A stretch of DNA of 64,000 nucleotides from Podarcis erhardii. Lineage: Eukaryota. The DNA lies in assembly GCA_964252035.1 (NCBI GenBank), contig OZ176205.1; one strand, given 5' to 3'. Made by a program: the position numbers and the translations under genes. Below the pieces are notes generated by a model, which worked only from the letters and a program-made list of their open reading frames with translations, was not told the origin of the DNA and made no database searches. The number at the start of each line of letters is the position of its first letter. Within the stretch, counting starts at the first letter, position 1. Of this stretch, positions 24,201 through 36,166 are shown in pieces.

Positions 24201-27200
24201 ACAACAGCAGTTGTCCGGCCATCCTCACGACTGGTTCCTGTAAATACACTCCTGTGATAATCATCCATGCCACTCAGAGATTTCCTTTCATCCTGGTTGT
24301 TGGGAAACATTTTTTTTGTGCATATGTCAAAGCAGTTATACAGACTTACAGCAATTATCCTATGCAAGCAATATCACTTTGGGCTACAATTAAATGACAT
24401 AGAGCCATATGAAGACAACATGTCTTTGATATAATTGACTCAAATTGCAAATGTTCTTTTAATACTTTGAGTTAGGTTTTATCATGTCACATGCAAGATT
24501 GTCCCATATCAATTTACACAAGAACTATTCACATTTATTCTGTATTCAAAATGCCTCTGTAGTCAACATAAGGCTATATTTTGAGGGGTGTCTCAGACCC
24601 AAAGTGTAGTGGATGGAGTGTTAAACTAGGAATTGGGAGACCAAGATTCAAATTCCTACTCAGCCATGAAGGTCACTTGGTGACCTTGGGCCAGTCATTG
24701 CCTCTCAGCATAACTTCCTTCACAGGGATGTTGAGAGGATAAAATGTGACGGAAGGGGAACCACGTATTGAACACATTAATATATTTTAAAACATGCAGG
24801 TTTTTAGATCCTCTTTGATCCCAAAACAGAGGATCCTATAAACAGGATTGTATTGCTAAGGTTGATTTCATAGGAAAAATAGTGTGGGCTCTAAATGTAA
24901 TTTGTAATTACAAAAATTACTACTTATGCAAGTATTATACTTATGCAAGTATTATAATTATACCGGTACTTATATTTGTTAAATAAATATTCAAGAAAGC
25001 CTTTGCTATTTCTTTCACTATTCTGATTTCCCCCCTTGAGGCTTATTTGTCCCATTTATATAATCTGCCATTCTAAATTGCATCCCACATAAGAGGAACA
25101 GTGTTGTTTAGTTTAACATTTAATGATTTTTATCTAAAATAATCTTTTTAAAAAATTGTTGGGATTAGCAGGCAACCAGAATTATTGACACTATCCTCCC
25201 CAAGGAGAACATTCCTTTCTTCTGCAGACCATTATGGGAACATTTGGCAGTAACACAGAACTGGTGTATTACGCAACACTGTGCATCATTGTTGAAACAA
25301 CCCAGGCTGCTTAACGCTGTCAAAGCCATGCAAATTTCCTCCATCAGTGGTACAGGGTTGCCATACAATCTACCGTAATTGGCTTCCTCTTTAATACATC
25401 ATGCAAACATATGTTTTGACCAAAAATAACAATGTCTAACTAACCACCACCACCACCGATTAATTTTTCAGCAAATAAGAACCAGTTGACCCATATACCA
25501 GACAAGTGTGCTAGATCGTTCAATAAATTATTTTATAGAAACAGCAAGAAAACGCTTGGCAGCATGGCTCACCTCTGACATTCTCCCAGGTCTTTTCTGA
25601 ACTTCTGTGGCGGAATGAGCAGATTTAAGTCTTTGTTTTAGTTTCAGGAGCGTGAAACCTCCATCTAGAGCCTCCATGTTCACTGAAAAAAACATAAACA
25701 TGTGAATAAATCACATTTTTGATGTTGTCTCTAATGTTATTGGTCACCCACCGAACTCAAACCCAGCTCTGGCTCTTCTGTCGCTAGACACAGATCTAGA
25801 TTCTCTCCCCTCATACGAAGAAAGGAACTCACTGCTATGCTGTTTACTGCTGCCTGTTTAGAGATTGGCTCCCATTGTAAAGACTCCAAAGGACAATTTC
25901 TGACAGGATGGCTAGAAAATGTTTGGGATTTTTGGCTCTTTCTGGGCACTTAATGCAACATGGAAGCGTTATTAGAGGTCAAACTGGACATGATCATTTC
26001 AATAATGTGTGATCACCATGTAAATAGAAGTGATGGCAATGTAAGACCTCCACTACTCATGCTTCCTTATGGAGAGGTTATGTCACAGATAGTTAAAACC
26101 TTGACAATGTGTTCAATGTTTCAGTTATTTTATAGTGTCCCCACTCAACTTTTATTTTTAAATGCAATTGATATATGCATGTAACACTGTACAAGTTTTG
26201 TTGAACTGACCAATGCTATTTTACTGCATTTTTTTTAAAAAAAATTCTATTAAAAAATCAAATTGTACAGCACTGAAGCCCACTGGGATAATTCAGTCTT
26301 CAGTATTCGATGACTGCAGTATTCGATGACTGCAGTGCAAGCATCAAGTACACATCTCTGCATGCTTTAAAATACATCTGGAATGGTCAAATGGATCATC
26401 AGATTTAAGGTAATCCCATATCCTATATTATACTGCATACTAATATTGACCACATTCTCCTAGTGTGGATCCTTTTGGAGTCAAAATGGTGCCATCAACA
26501 CAGAAGAGGAAGGTACCATCAGGCTTGGGGGAACCCTAGTTGCAGAAGTATTAAAAAAAAATGGGGGGGAGAGGGTGTGGAATGTTCCAAACCAATTCCC
26601 TGCTTTAAATAAAAACAGCAAACATACCTCTCTGATTAGTTGGTTTATGTTTCAGGTAGCTTGGAGCACTAAATAGCCTCACAACAGGTTTCCCAGAGTG
26701 ATCCTTCCTTTGTGTTGCCTGAGATTGGGGCCTAACAGTAATACAATAACAACAGCTGTAAACTATGGGAAACATTATATGGCTGGATACGGTTAAATTG
26801 CTTGGGAAAGGCAGCAGAAAAGAATGTCAGCATTTTGTCAGCTTTAAAGAGATTATTTTAATTGACATGTTGGTTTTCACAGGATTACTTTTATTTACAC
26901 ACTAGTTTATTTCTTAAATGTTATAGTCCGTTCTTTCAACATAAAGTTCTTTTTTAAAAAATTAAATTATTTTAAAATAAATTTCAGGACAGATTTCAAC
27001 AAAATCATAAAGCAGTGAACAGAACAACCCAAAATGTAACAAAAAAACATTGTGGGTGGGGGCAGCCATGCAATCCTTGAAGCTGGAGACATGAGGTTGT
27101 TGGACAGGATCACCCTGGGTTCTTATTCACTATATTTATGTCCCATTCTTCCTCCAACAAACTCAAAGCACCAAACCCGGTTCTCTCCCTTTTATTTCCC

Positions 27201-30200
27201 CCCCACTCCCTGTGAGGTAGCTTAGGCCCAAAGCTTAGGCACACATCTCTTACTTTTGGAATGCATGCATGCATATTACATACATACACAATGAATATGT
27301 TCCTGCAAGATAAGGGTTAGTGTAACCTTCAGCAGAAAGGTGGAAGGTATTTGTTCCACAGAAATGTTTGTTTGTTCTGTACAAATTCAACAGACCCGCC
27401 ATGCTAGTAAGCTTTCATTGTGCTTGCAGCATATGCGGGAGCTGGGCTGAGTCCTCCACTTGTTAGCTAACTTATTGTTGTTGGCCAAGGTCCTTGCATT
27501 GGAAGACAAAAATGAGCGAAGGACTGGACACAACATGACAAGTCTCCATCTGCACCAAGACACTGATAAATAAATTCATCCTATTTATTGTAAAAAAAAA
27601 ATAAAAAATTGATCGTTAACCCCCCCCCCCCGATAAAATTATTAGTAAAAACAGCAATTTAAAGCATTCAAATAATAATTAAAATAAATGATAAGCTAAA
27701 CAAAAAATTAAAACACATGTAAAATATTCTACATATCTGAGTAGGCTTGTCTATACAAAAATGGTTTTAAAAGGCACCAAAAAGTACAGTGAAGGCATCT
27801 ACCTGATGCTAATAGGCAGGGAATTCTAAAGTGTAGGTGCTACCATACTAAATGACTGGTTTCTTACAAATTCAGAGCAAGTATTATGCAGCACCTGTAA
27901 CAGTCCCAGTTCCACAGACTGAAGCGGTCCAGTGTAAATATATGGGATAAGGTGAAACCACTGGTAAACTGGTCCCAAGTTGTTAAGGGGTTTATATACT
28001 AATCATATTGTCTTGAACTTGATCTGGTATCAGACTGGCAACTAGTGCAGGTCTCTGAGCACAGGCGTCACATGCTGACAGCGTCTTACTCCTGTAAGTA
28101 ATCATCACTCAAATCAATCATTTTATTTGTATGCCGCCTTTCCGAACTTATAACCATGCTCAAGGTGCCTTACAACTTTGTAGAAATTAAAGAACTACAA
28201 ACATAACAAAAGTAGTCATAAAGAAAACATCAAAAAGTACACAACCAAATGTGGAACCATTTCCACATATAAAAATGTGATACAAAATAAAGATGCGAAT
28301 AATTAACAGCAACAACTCCCACCCCCAACAAACAATACCCCAGCCCAAGATTCTGTTCAGCAACCTCAGCTTTTGTAGCTGGAGTCAGTCAGCGTCCTGC
28401 CCTCCCAGGCCAGGTGGGAAAAGGCCTGCAAGGCAGGGAGCAACTCTTCCAAAACTCACATCCAAATAGATTTGATTTTTATCCATTCTTTTATTAGACA
28501 CAAATTTAAACATAAAACCTATCCTGTACCTGCTGCAAATTGTATACATACATTTATTTATAATGATTATGTCCACAAAGTATTCTAAATTGAGCAAGGA
28601 ATATGAATACATACCTCTTTCTAAATAAGGACCATTTTTTAATGATAAGAAACTACACTAAATCATAAAGAACCACCTTATTTGTTCACCTTACTTACTT
28701 AGTGTATCAGACCAGTCCTCAGGGTTCAGGGAGCAATACAAAGTTTTCTGAGGAGTCAAGTGGGGAAACTATAGTATGAAGATAGTTCAAGAAGATGGAC
28801 TTAACTACCAAAAATAAACACCGGTATGAACTTAAGGGGTGGGTGGGTGTCTCACCTTTGTGACTGCTGAACTGCGCTCTGATCATCTTGAATAACAGGC
28901 TGAGTGGATGGAGTTACAGAAATACTTGATTTTACAGATCGAGACAATTCATAATTCAGATTCAAGTCAAATGTCAGGGGAGTTCTCACACACGGGTTTA
29001 CCTGTACTCTCCCCAGCTTTCGGCACTGTTAATAAAAAAGATACAGCGTTCACTGGTATAGTGTTTCATGCTTTTCACTAAGGGCAGAAAGTTCCAGGGC
29101 AGCTTTATGGAATGGTTTGTTTGAGAGCAATGAGGGCTAGGGGAAAATGGTGTTTTAAGATGTTTACTTTTATACAGGGTGAGTGGGTAGTTAGCAGATA
29201 GTCCCTTCTTCAAGGACTCCCACCAAATGAGGTGTGTGTGTGTGGGGGGGGGTTATAAGTGAAATTGAAACCCTGGTTGTGGAATGTACTACCAGATTGG
29301 TTTGCCTGGGCCTTAACGTTCCATTGCCACAATTTTATTATTTGACTTTAGCGCTTAAATGTTATTCTTTGCTCTTTGTATTTTATCTGAATTTGGAGTT
29401 CGTTTGAACGCTGCTTCAAATTTTATTACTTTATATGAATGTTATTTTTAACCTGTTTGTTTTTTATTATGTAAACTTGGGCACACCTCCTACTGCAGAA
29501 GAATATAGATATGTACACGTGTAAGCCCTCCTTGCATGATGTTATGATGTGGGTCTTCTGGAAAATGTTGAATTGGAAAACCAGGGCAATTTGCCTTGGA
29601 AAATTTTCAGTCTGCACTGGAATTTTTTCTGATGCCCTAGAGAGTGGCTTAATTTAGGTTGTTTACTTTACTTGTATGTAGCAAACAAAGCTAAAAACTT
29701 TGGAGGGGCTAAGGTTGCCTAATATTTTATTTGCAATTGTTATCCATCTGTTGTTTCCAGTAAACCTAGGAATCAGAATTTTTTCAATGGAAAAAGAAAG
29801 CGCTGGGAAATATTCTGCTCCACATCACTACACTCCACAGCCTCTTTTTGTGACAGGGACACTGTATGTGCATAAAGGCATACAGATGTACAAATATACA
29901 TGGAGTTCTAAGGGACCACATACAAGAGTTGCTCTTACAACTTTTCCCATGTAGAACCTGCATACTAGGGACTTAGTCTTGGAAACCTAATGAATAATCC
30001 ATTCACTAGGGTATCTCTATCAATCAAAATGGAAGGGGTTTTTGCCACAAGCACTGATAGCCACAGGTTACAAGAAAGTGCAACATTTCGCCAACGAGTC
30101 TGGGATGTAGAATTTCAGTGTCTTGTGAGTGAGATGAATAAACACCCAGAAATCAAAGACAATGGGAGAGGTTTTACCCCAGCAATATATCTGTCAAAAT

Positions 30201-31364
30201 TACAAATATCTAAATATAGATGTTCATTTACCCTTTCTAGATTCAATGTGCTGCCATCTGCCTTATTGTAGGGCATGTATGTGGGTAAACTGTTTGCAGA
30301 GTGAGTCTGCCCCTGTGGCCTGATAGAGGTAGAAGCCATCTCTCATGTCTTGCTATGATGTCGTTTTTATGAGGATATACGCTCGGTCTTTATCACCCCT
30401 GTTATACAGAAAATTCCAAGTGGGTCTGAATCTCAATGCTTAAAATCCCTGATAGAGGATAAAACCCTACTGGATCCCTGGATTCACTAGGGTTTGGTTG
30501 CAACTGACAGTTATACCACAAGAAACATATTTCAAATACACACTTTTTGAAGATTGCATGTCTTCCAACCACTAGGTAATCCTAACCAAATTGGCTTCAA
30601 TTTACTTATTTTTAATCTACAACACCATCTAAAATTAATCTCCAGCGTTGGTAATATAAATACTGTCATGTTTTTCATTGCTTCTGCTCTTTGCCTAACA
30701 AAGGCACTGTTACAGATAGGTAGCCGTGTTGGTCTGCCATAGTCAAAACAAAATAAAAAAATTCCTTCCAGTAGCACCTTAAAGACCAACTAAGTTAGTT
30801 CTTGGTATGAGCTTTCGTGTGCATGCACACTTCTTCAGATACCTGTGTTTTGCTTAAGGCTTAAGGCACTGTGTTTTGCTTAAGGTTAGAGGCAGGTCTG
30901 CATAACTGTTAGCTTTGGTGTTTCCAAAAGTAGGGGTCAAACATTTGCCACAGAATCTTGGATGTAGCCTGTGACCTGCAGCATCTAGCTGAGAGTTATT
31001 TAGTCAAGTTTGCAATATCCATTTTGGGACTTTGTCTAAATGCATACCGACATGAAGCCATTTTTGTTGTTGTTGTTCTATTTGTTTTGTTTTCGTTTTA
31101 ATTTTCTCTGCCTGTTCCCTACTACAGTACATAACATCTAGCCTGGAGTTCAAGAGAACTTGAAAGCTTGTTCCCTATTCTACAACGGTTTGGTTGACCC
31201 TAATAAAGGTATTGCCCAACTTTAGATTTTGATATATTTCAAAACAAAGTCATAACTGTTCCTATGGCTTATATTATACGTACCTCAATTAGCTCATATT
31301 TGCTAAGTCTTTTCTTCTCATATTGCTTCATAACATCGAGTTTTACCAGTACTCTCTGGACCAT
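16066..31364 (-). CDS. C1orf141: C1orf141-like protein, 8 coding exons, 636 aa
   Basis: join(31284-31364,28856-29025,26628-26731,25573-25682,24193-24292,23406-23511,19228-19414,16066-17118) = 1911 nt, open and phase-consistent. Motifs MVQRVLVKLDVM, TPLTFDLNLNYE, LLQDNLNKR, VPLCIEDEIEKPNAKVI and PVYCHNEGYV align with recalled human C1orf141 (MAEKILEKLDVL, IPLTFDFQLEFE, LLEGDRNKR, LPLCFEDELKNPHAKIV, PIIFHDTEYV). Syntenic position between SLC35D1 and IL23R. Confidence 0.8.
17410..18160 (+). mobile_element. tRNA-SINE split by a ~590-bp LTR-like insert (17464-18054, minus)
   Basis: SINE head tagcttagtggtagagc at 17411 and SINE body tccaggtaggg..gagagctgctgccagtcagtgtagacaatact resuming at 18062; the insert reads TGTCATG...AATAAAG...CA on the minus strand. 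Confidence 0.45.
19228..19414 (-). CDS. C1orf141: C1orf141-like exon (187 nt)
   Basis: atgcag|A GAC GCT...TTA CCG|gtaata; KKKVSVPLCIEDEIEKPNAKVI. Confidence 0.85.
21248..21285. repeat. (CA)n microsatellite
   Basis: Direct reading. Confidence 0.95.
21346..21674. mobile_element. Tc1/mariner (Tigger-like) MITE with internal tandem repeat
   Basis: 22-bp TIRs CAGTGGTGCC(C/T)CGCAAGACGAA, TA target duplications, internal (ccgctaatag/gccgctta) repeats at 21517-21594. Confidence 0.88.
23406..23511 (-). CDS. C1orf141: C1orf141-like exon (106 nt)
   Basis: tttcag|GT GTT TAT...AAC AAA AG|gtaact; GVYDEAKHGVDQELKRKGKVKSCTNVHLLQDNLNKR. Confidence 0.75.
24193..24292 (-). CDS. C1orf141: C1orf141-like exon (100 nt), candidate
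   Basis: accag|GAT GAA AGG...GGA AAA G|gttgga; supplies the phase 0->1 link required between neighbouring exons; donor is weak. Confidence 0.5.
25573..25682 (-). CDS. C1orf141: C1orf141-like exon (110 nt), candidate
   Basis: ttttttcag|TG AAC ATG...TCA GAG|gtgagc; strong splice sites, open only in the phase 1->0 frame. Confidence 0.6.
26628..26731 (-). CDS. C1orf141: C1orf141-like exon (104 nt)
   Basis: gttag|G CCC CAA...CAG AGA G|gtatgt; phase 2->1. Confidence 0.65.
27640..28140 (-). mobile_element. Decayed L2 LINE 3' region
   Basis: ggcagggaattctaaagtgtaggtgctacc.., gtcttgaacttgatctggtatcagactggcaactagtgcagg, as in other L2 copies. Confidence 0.5.
28856..29025 (-). CDS. C1orf141: C1orf141-like exon (170 nt)
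   Basis: ttaacag|TGC CGA AAG...TCA CAA AG|gtgaga; contains TPLTFDLNLNYE. Confidence 0.8.
30000..30500 (+). mobile_element. Non-LTR retrotransposon ORF2 C-terminal fragment with decayed CCHC zinc finger
   Basis: YLSKL..SKYRCSFTLSRFNVLPSALL*G...CPCG..EVEAISHVLL*CRFYEDIR; clade not determined. Confidence 0.6.
30715..30843. mobile_element. Penelope-like element terminal fragment
   Basis: gtagccgtgttggtctg..agtagcaccttaaagaccaac..agctttcgtgtgcatgcacacttcttcagatac, the recalled squamate PLE terminal repeat. Confidence 0.7.
31284..31364 (-). CDS. C1orf141: C1orf141-like first coding exon
   Basis: Exon 31380-31284 (ccctag| ... GAG|gtacgt); AAC ATG G Kozak; MVQRVLVKLDVMKQYEKKRLSKYELIE. Confidence 0.8.
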
Positions 31365-31403
31365 GTTTATTCTTCATTCCCTAGGGCAAAGTTCTTTTTT
31401 CAA

Positions 31404-31434
<31 letters not shown>

Positions 31435-32194
31435 GGGAAAAGTAGCAAGAATGAATCTGCTGCTATTGCTTGGCAGAGATTGGGAGTGGTGCACAACCTT
31501 TGTAACAACGTAAAAATGTCATTCAGAGATGGGGAAAATAGGGACCAGAACAGGAAGTGTTTAAGCTTTTAAATAAATAAATATCTGCTTATGTTACATG
31601 TTTTCCTTTTTGCTCACAGTTGCATAGAAACTGTTTGATCTGCAGGATTGCTCTGAAAGTTTTTCCTTGTTCTATTCATGAATGGTTTGCTTAGAGGTAA
31701 GTCTGTGTTCACCGGGGGGGGGGGGGGGAATTACTCCTAAGTGCTCATAAGACTTCAGCCTTAAAACTGCTATTGCAGCCCTGCTCTGTCTGGTCAAAGG
31801 AGCAGCAACACAACAAGAAGTGGGAAACAGCTAGATTGACCAATGTTTTGGCTTTTTAAAAATCTACACACTGTCTGCTATGAAAGTCACAGAGAAAATG
31901 GTGGCCTTCATTATGCAATGTAGGATACAAGGGATTTTATCTCTCCTGAAAAAGTAGTTACTGTAGTTGTTTTGTTAAATGTATATTCAAATACCAGAAA
32001 TTTAATCTGCTTTTTTTCCAGTTTCACTGAAAGCTTCCACCCCCCCCCCTTTTTAAAATAAGATTCTCTTACAGAATAACAGAAAGCTTCTATTTTTTAT
32101 TCATATTCCTCTCGGAGTTCAGGATTTCATTGTATTTAGCAAAAAGAAAAGGCAGGCTGAATCAGTATGTTTTACACATCTTTCAATTAAAGTA

Positions 32195-32412
32195 CAGTGG
32201 TACCTTGGGTTACAGATGCTTCAGGTTACAGACTCCGCTAACCCAGAAATAGCACCTTGGGTTAAGAACTTCAGGATGAGAACAGAAATTGTGCAGCAGT
32301 GGCGCGGCAGCGGGAGGCCCCATTAGCTAAAGTGGTACCTCAGGTTAAGAACAGTTTCAGGTTAAGAATGGACCTCCAGAACGAATTAAGTTCTTAACCC
32401 GAGGTACCGTTG
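32195..32412. mobile_element. Tc1/mariner MITE (family with CAGTGGTACCTCGGGTTA termini), copy 1
   Basis: TA|cagtggtacc...ggtaccgttg|TA; homologous to copies at 37603 and 52252. Confidence 0.85.
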
Positions 32413-32667
32413 TAACCTATTTTGAAATAACACACAATTTTTTCCTGATAAGAGTAAAATGTTTTCAACTGATATTACTAAAGAAAATGCTTAGATTTTA
32501 ATATATTGTGGTACAGACTGAGAGATGAGTTTGAAAGATATCACTCAATGATCCCATAAACTCAGTGACTCTTGACTGTAAAAGAACAATGATTAGCAGG
32601 AGTATAGAAACCAGTCTGATAAGATCTTCCCCCAAATCCTATACTAACTGCCTCCATATACTGTAAC

Positions 32668-33025
32668 TAAAGGTAAAGGTAAAGGGACCCTTGACCATTA
32701 GGTCCAGTCGTGACCGACTCTGGGGTTGCGGTGCTCATCTCGCTTTATTGGCCAAGGAAGCCAGCGTACAGCTTCCGGGTCATGTGGCCAGAGTGACTAA
32801 GCCACTTCTGGCGAACCAGAGCAGCACACGGAAACACTGTTTACCTTCCCGCTGGAGCGGTACCTATTTATCTACTTGCACTTTGCTGTGCTTTCGAACT
32901 GTTAGGTTGGCAGGAGCAGGGACCGAGCAATGGGAGCTCACCCCATCGCGGGGATTCGAACCGCCAACCTTCTGATCAGCAAGTCCTAGGCTCTGTGGTT
33001 TAATCCACAGCGTCACCCATGTCCC
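32668..33025 (-). mobile_element. Sauria SINE (Squam1), full length
   Basis: taaaggtaaaggtaaagggaccc...cagcgtcacccatgtccc; flanking direct repeat tgtaactaaag (32662 and 33028). Confidence 0.9.
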
Positions 33026-33138
33026 ATTGTAACTAAAGAGATTGCCAAATACAGGTGAAGAAACTAAATTATCTGGATATCCTTCTGGAAGATATGTGTT
33101 TCTTTTTGTTCCCCCTCTTTTCAGCTGCAGGTAATGTC

Positions 33139-33140
<2 letters not shown>

Positions 33141-33186
<46 letters not shown>

Positions 33187-33222
33187 TGTGTGTCTCTGTG
33201 TGTCTCTGTGTGTCTCTGTGTG
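33141..33222. repeat. (TG)n / (TGTCTCTG)n compound microsatellite
   Basis: Direct reading. Confidence 0.95.
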
Positions 33223-34577
33223 AAAGAGAACAAAAGACTTGGGCAGTCTTGAAACTGGACATGAAAAAGGTAGAGACTTGGCTTGCCATCTACTGTGAAT
33301 CAAGTCGTACAGCATTTGGGAGACCCCTAGAAATCTAATGGGGGGATGCAAGATATTTTGGAATATATTGTTGTTGTGAGACTTCCTTCTCATGCTAGAT
33401 GTATACTGTACATCAGTAAATAAAACTTACATCACAGAACCTTTACCACTCTGCAATGGCCTTCAGTCCAAGGCCACCAAACTCAAGGCTCGTGTTCAGA
33501 GGACGCCTGAAACCTCTCACTGCTTAATAATTGGGACACATGTAATAAAATGTTTAAGCAGACTAAAGCCGCTTCCTAATGCTTATTCTTGATGCTAAGC
33601 CTGTTGTTTCCCATGATATAATACAAGTCGTTGTCCACTTGTCCATAGAATCTTTCAGGAAAAAAGCAGATTGGCAAGGCCCGAGGTTCAAACCTAAAAG
33701 GACTCTGAAATTGGTTCTTTTTAATACCTACATCATTAAGAAACTGAAAGGCTGCAAACAATCTCTGCTTTCTCAAGGTGATCTTCATTCCAGAGGCTCA
33801 TAGGATTTGCGGACCAGATAACATGTTAGCCTCTTGGGCATCTATTCCAGTTCCCCAGCGTGAGAAATTCCAGTAGTAGAGACTGGTGAAAAACAAGAAC
33901 CAAAAAAGAAAAGAAAAAGAAAGTACCACAACCAAGTATGTGAATGGAGTGAGATGCAAGGAGCCTAAGGCACTGAATTCTTCCTTGACTTTTAAGGACA
34001 GTCATTCATATGCAGAGTCAAGAAAGATTCATTGAAGCTCAAATTCCTTTGATCCTCAGTGCCTTGAGGCCAGGCCAAGATCAAAGGCCACGATGGCCTT
34101 GCAAGTTAGGAGAACATTCGGAAGAAAGGAAATGCCCCAGGAATCTATGGAGCAAGGTGCAACAGAATCAAGAGGGGATTCTTTACCTGCTGTGCCTCCA
34201 TATAGGCCTTCTGTGACAAACCCCCAAGTGTTCTCTGAAGGTTGGATTCTAATAGAACCTCTCTAAATCCATTATGTCATCATCATCTGTGACTAGCCCA
34301 GCTTCAGAAGAAGCACGCTTCCATTCTAACAAATATCACATGACTAGAAATGAATAGGTTAGAAACTTTTTAACTTCCAGAGTTAATGTTGAATGCATTA
34401 CTTCCAGCAAATGAGCCACCATAGCTGCTAGAGGGCTGTGAAAATTTGTGTCCCAAGCTTTTTAGACCCACCTACCCATGTACTATACGAAACCCAAGTG
34501 CTGCATTGGTTGCCAGATGTGAAATATATTGGCATTATTTTCAGTTCTTCTACCCCACTACAAAGCAGAAGTGATTA

Positions 34578-34743
34578 CCATATTTTTCTGTGTATAACAA
34601 GCCCCTGTGTATAAGACGCCCTCTATTTTTTGGGACTCAAAATTAAGAAAATGCACTATGCACTATCCGTGTATAAGATGACCCCTTATTTTAAACTTCA
34701 AAAATTTAGGAAAAAACATAGTCTTATACATGGAAAAATATGG
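34578..34743. mobile_element. Short Tc1/mariner MITE
   Basis: ccatatttttctgtgtataa ... ttatacatggaaaaatatgg inverted termini. Confidence 0.7.
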
Positions 34744-34877
34744 TGTGTTTAGCAAGTTGTTGTTTTTTTACAAAGCTGATCTACAGCCTTTTCCATTGAG
34801 ATAAATAGGGTGTTAATGCATGCAGCTTGCCAGTAAATAATGTCTATAATAACACAGGACTAAACACATTCAGATAC

Positions 34878-34879
<2 letters not shown>

Positions 34880-34918
<39 letters not shown>

Positions 34919-35240
34919 CTTTTTGTGAACAAAAACCCATGTACACTGTTAGGTCTAAAAATCACATTTGTTTATATTTTGCAGCTATTTACATATGCTT
35001 GAAAAGCATTCCAAGTTGCAGTTTCCAACATTAAAATCCCATTGCACCCTTCTGCCTTTCTGGTCACCATTTTAGAAACATGTTAAATCCTTCCCCTAAC
35101 CCCAATATGCCCCAATGTTCTTTCTAACCTACTAAAGGTATTTATTTTATCAATGGAAGTAAGCAACAATAAAAACTTTACTACTCAGGTGAATTGTTTT
35201 TCTCTGTCCACAACCACTACTGTGGGTAGAACATAGTGAG

Positions 35241-35275
<35 letters not shown>

Positions 35276-35402
35276 ACTCAATACCCTTCTTGTTAATCTG
35301 GTTTTGAAAATACATTCAAGTGGGTTAAATTTAACCATCAGAAAAGGCAGTAGACTCATGATTGCAACTGAAAGGAATTAAAATGTTGATTGATACACAT
35401 TG

Positions 35403-35445
<43 letters not shown>
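34880..35445. repeat. Cluster of CA/TG microsatellites (34880-34917, 35243-35271, 35406-35445)
   Basis: Direct reading. Confidence 0.9.
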
Positions 35446-35447
<2 letters not shown>

Positions 35448-36166
35448 CATCTGCAACAAATGTGGTGAGGTTGCTATGCAACTGCTTGCCAAGGCCACAA
35501 GGGATGAGGGTACGGGGAGGCCAATATAGTTCCCTACCAAGGGCAGAAGGGAGCCTAGGTACCACCTCTGCTTCCAAGAGCAGAACCAGCTCTTCCACTC
35601 ACAGAAAGGCCTTTGTCTCAGAAACGGACGTCATTGCCACCTGTCTTGCTATGGCATCCTCATCTGCTGTGCTGCTGTTTGATGTCCTTCTTAAGTTCTT
35701 ATCGAATAAGATTGGATTTCATATCCTTGTTATTTACTGATGACACTTTCCTCATCCTCAGACCAGCTATCGATGTCCTATTCAGACAGCAAAAATCACA
35801 CCGAATCAAAAGTCAGTTTCTCCATTTCCTCAAAGGTTGCACAGAGCTGGACTTTTCCATTTTGGGTTGTCATGGAGTCAGCCATATCCGGTGGTTCTTT
35901 GAGTGTTTGCAGAGACAGATTAATATCCAGTAGTATGGAACACCAGTTGCAGGTATCCTCGTGGAAGAGAAGAGCAATGATCAGTTTGAATAAAGAGTTG
36001 ACTATCTAGAAACACCCTAGTAGAACCAAGGCTGGACAATTTTGATATGAATACTGCTGAAAACTTGCGCTGGTACAGATAATTAGAGAAAATTGCCCTG
36101 ACAAAATGCTTAACTTTTAATTCACTGTTTTCAAACCCTAAAAGATTAGAAACCTAGACAGCTTAC

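Noticed and set aside
26303-26337. Short perfect tandem duplication (cagtattcgatgactg x2); a similar one at 59824-59862
   Set aside because: Ordinary slippage duplications in introns with no further structure.
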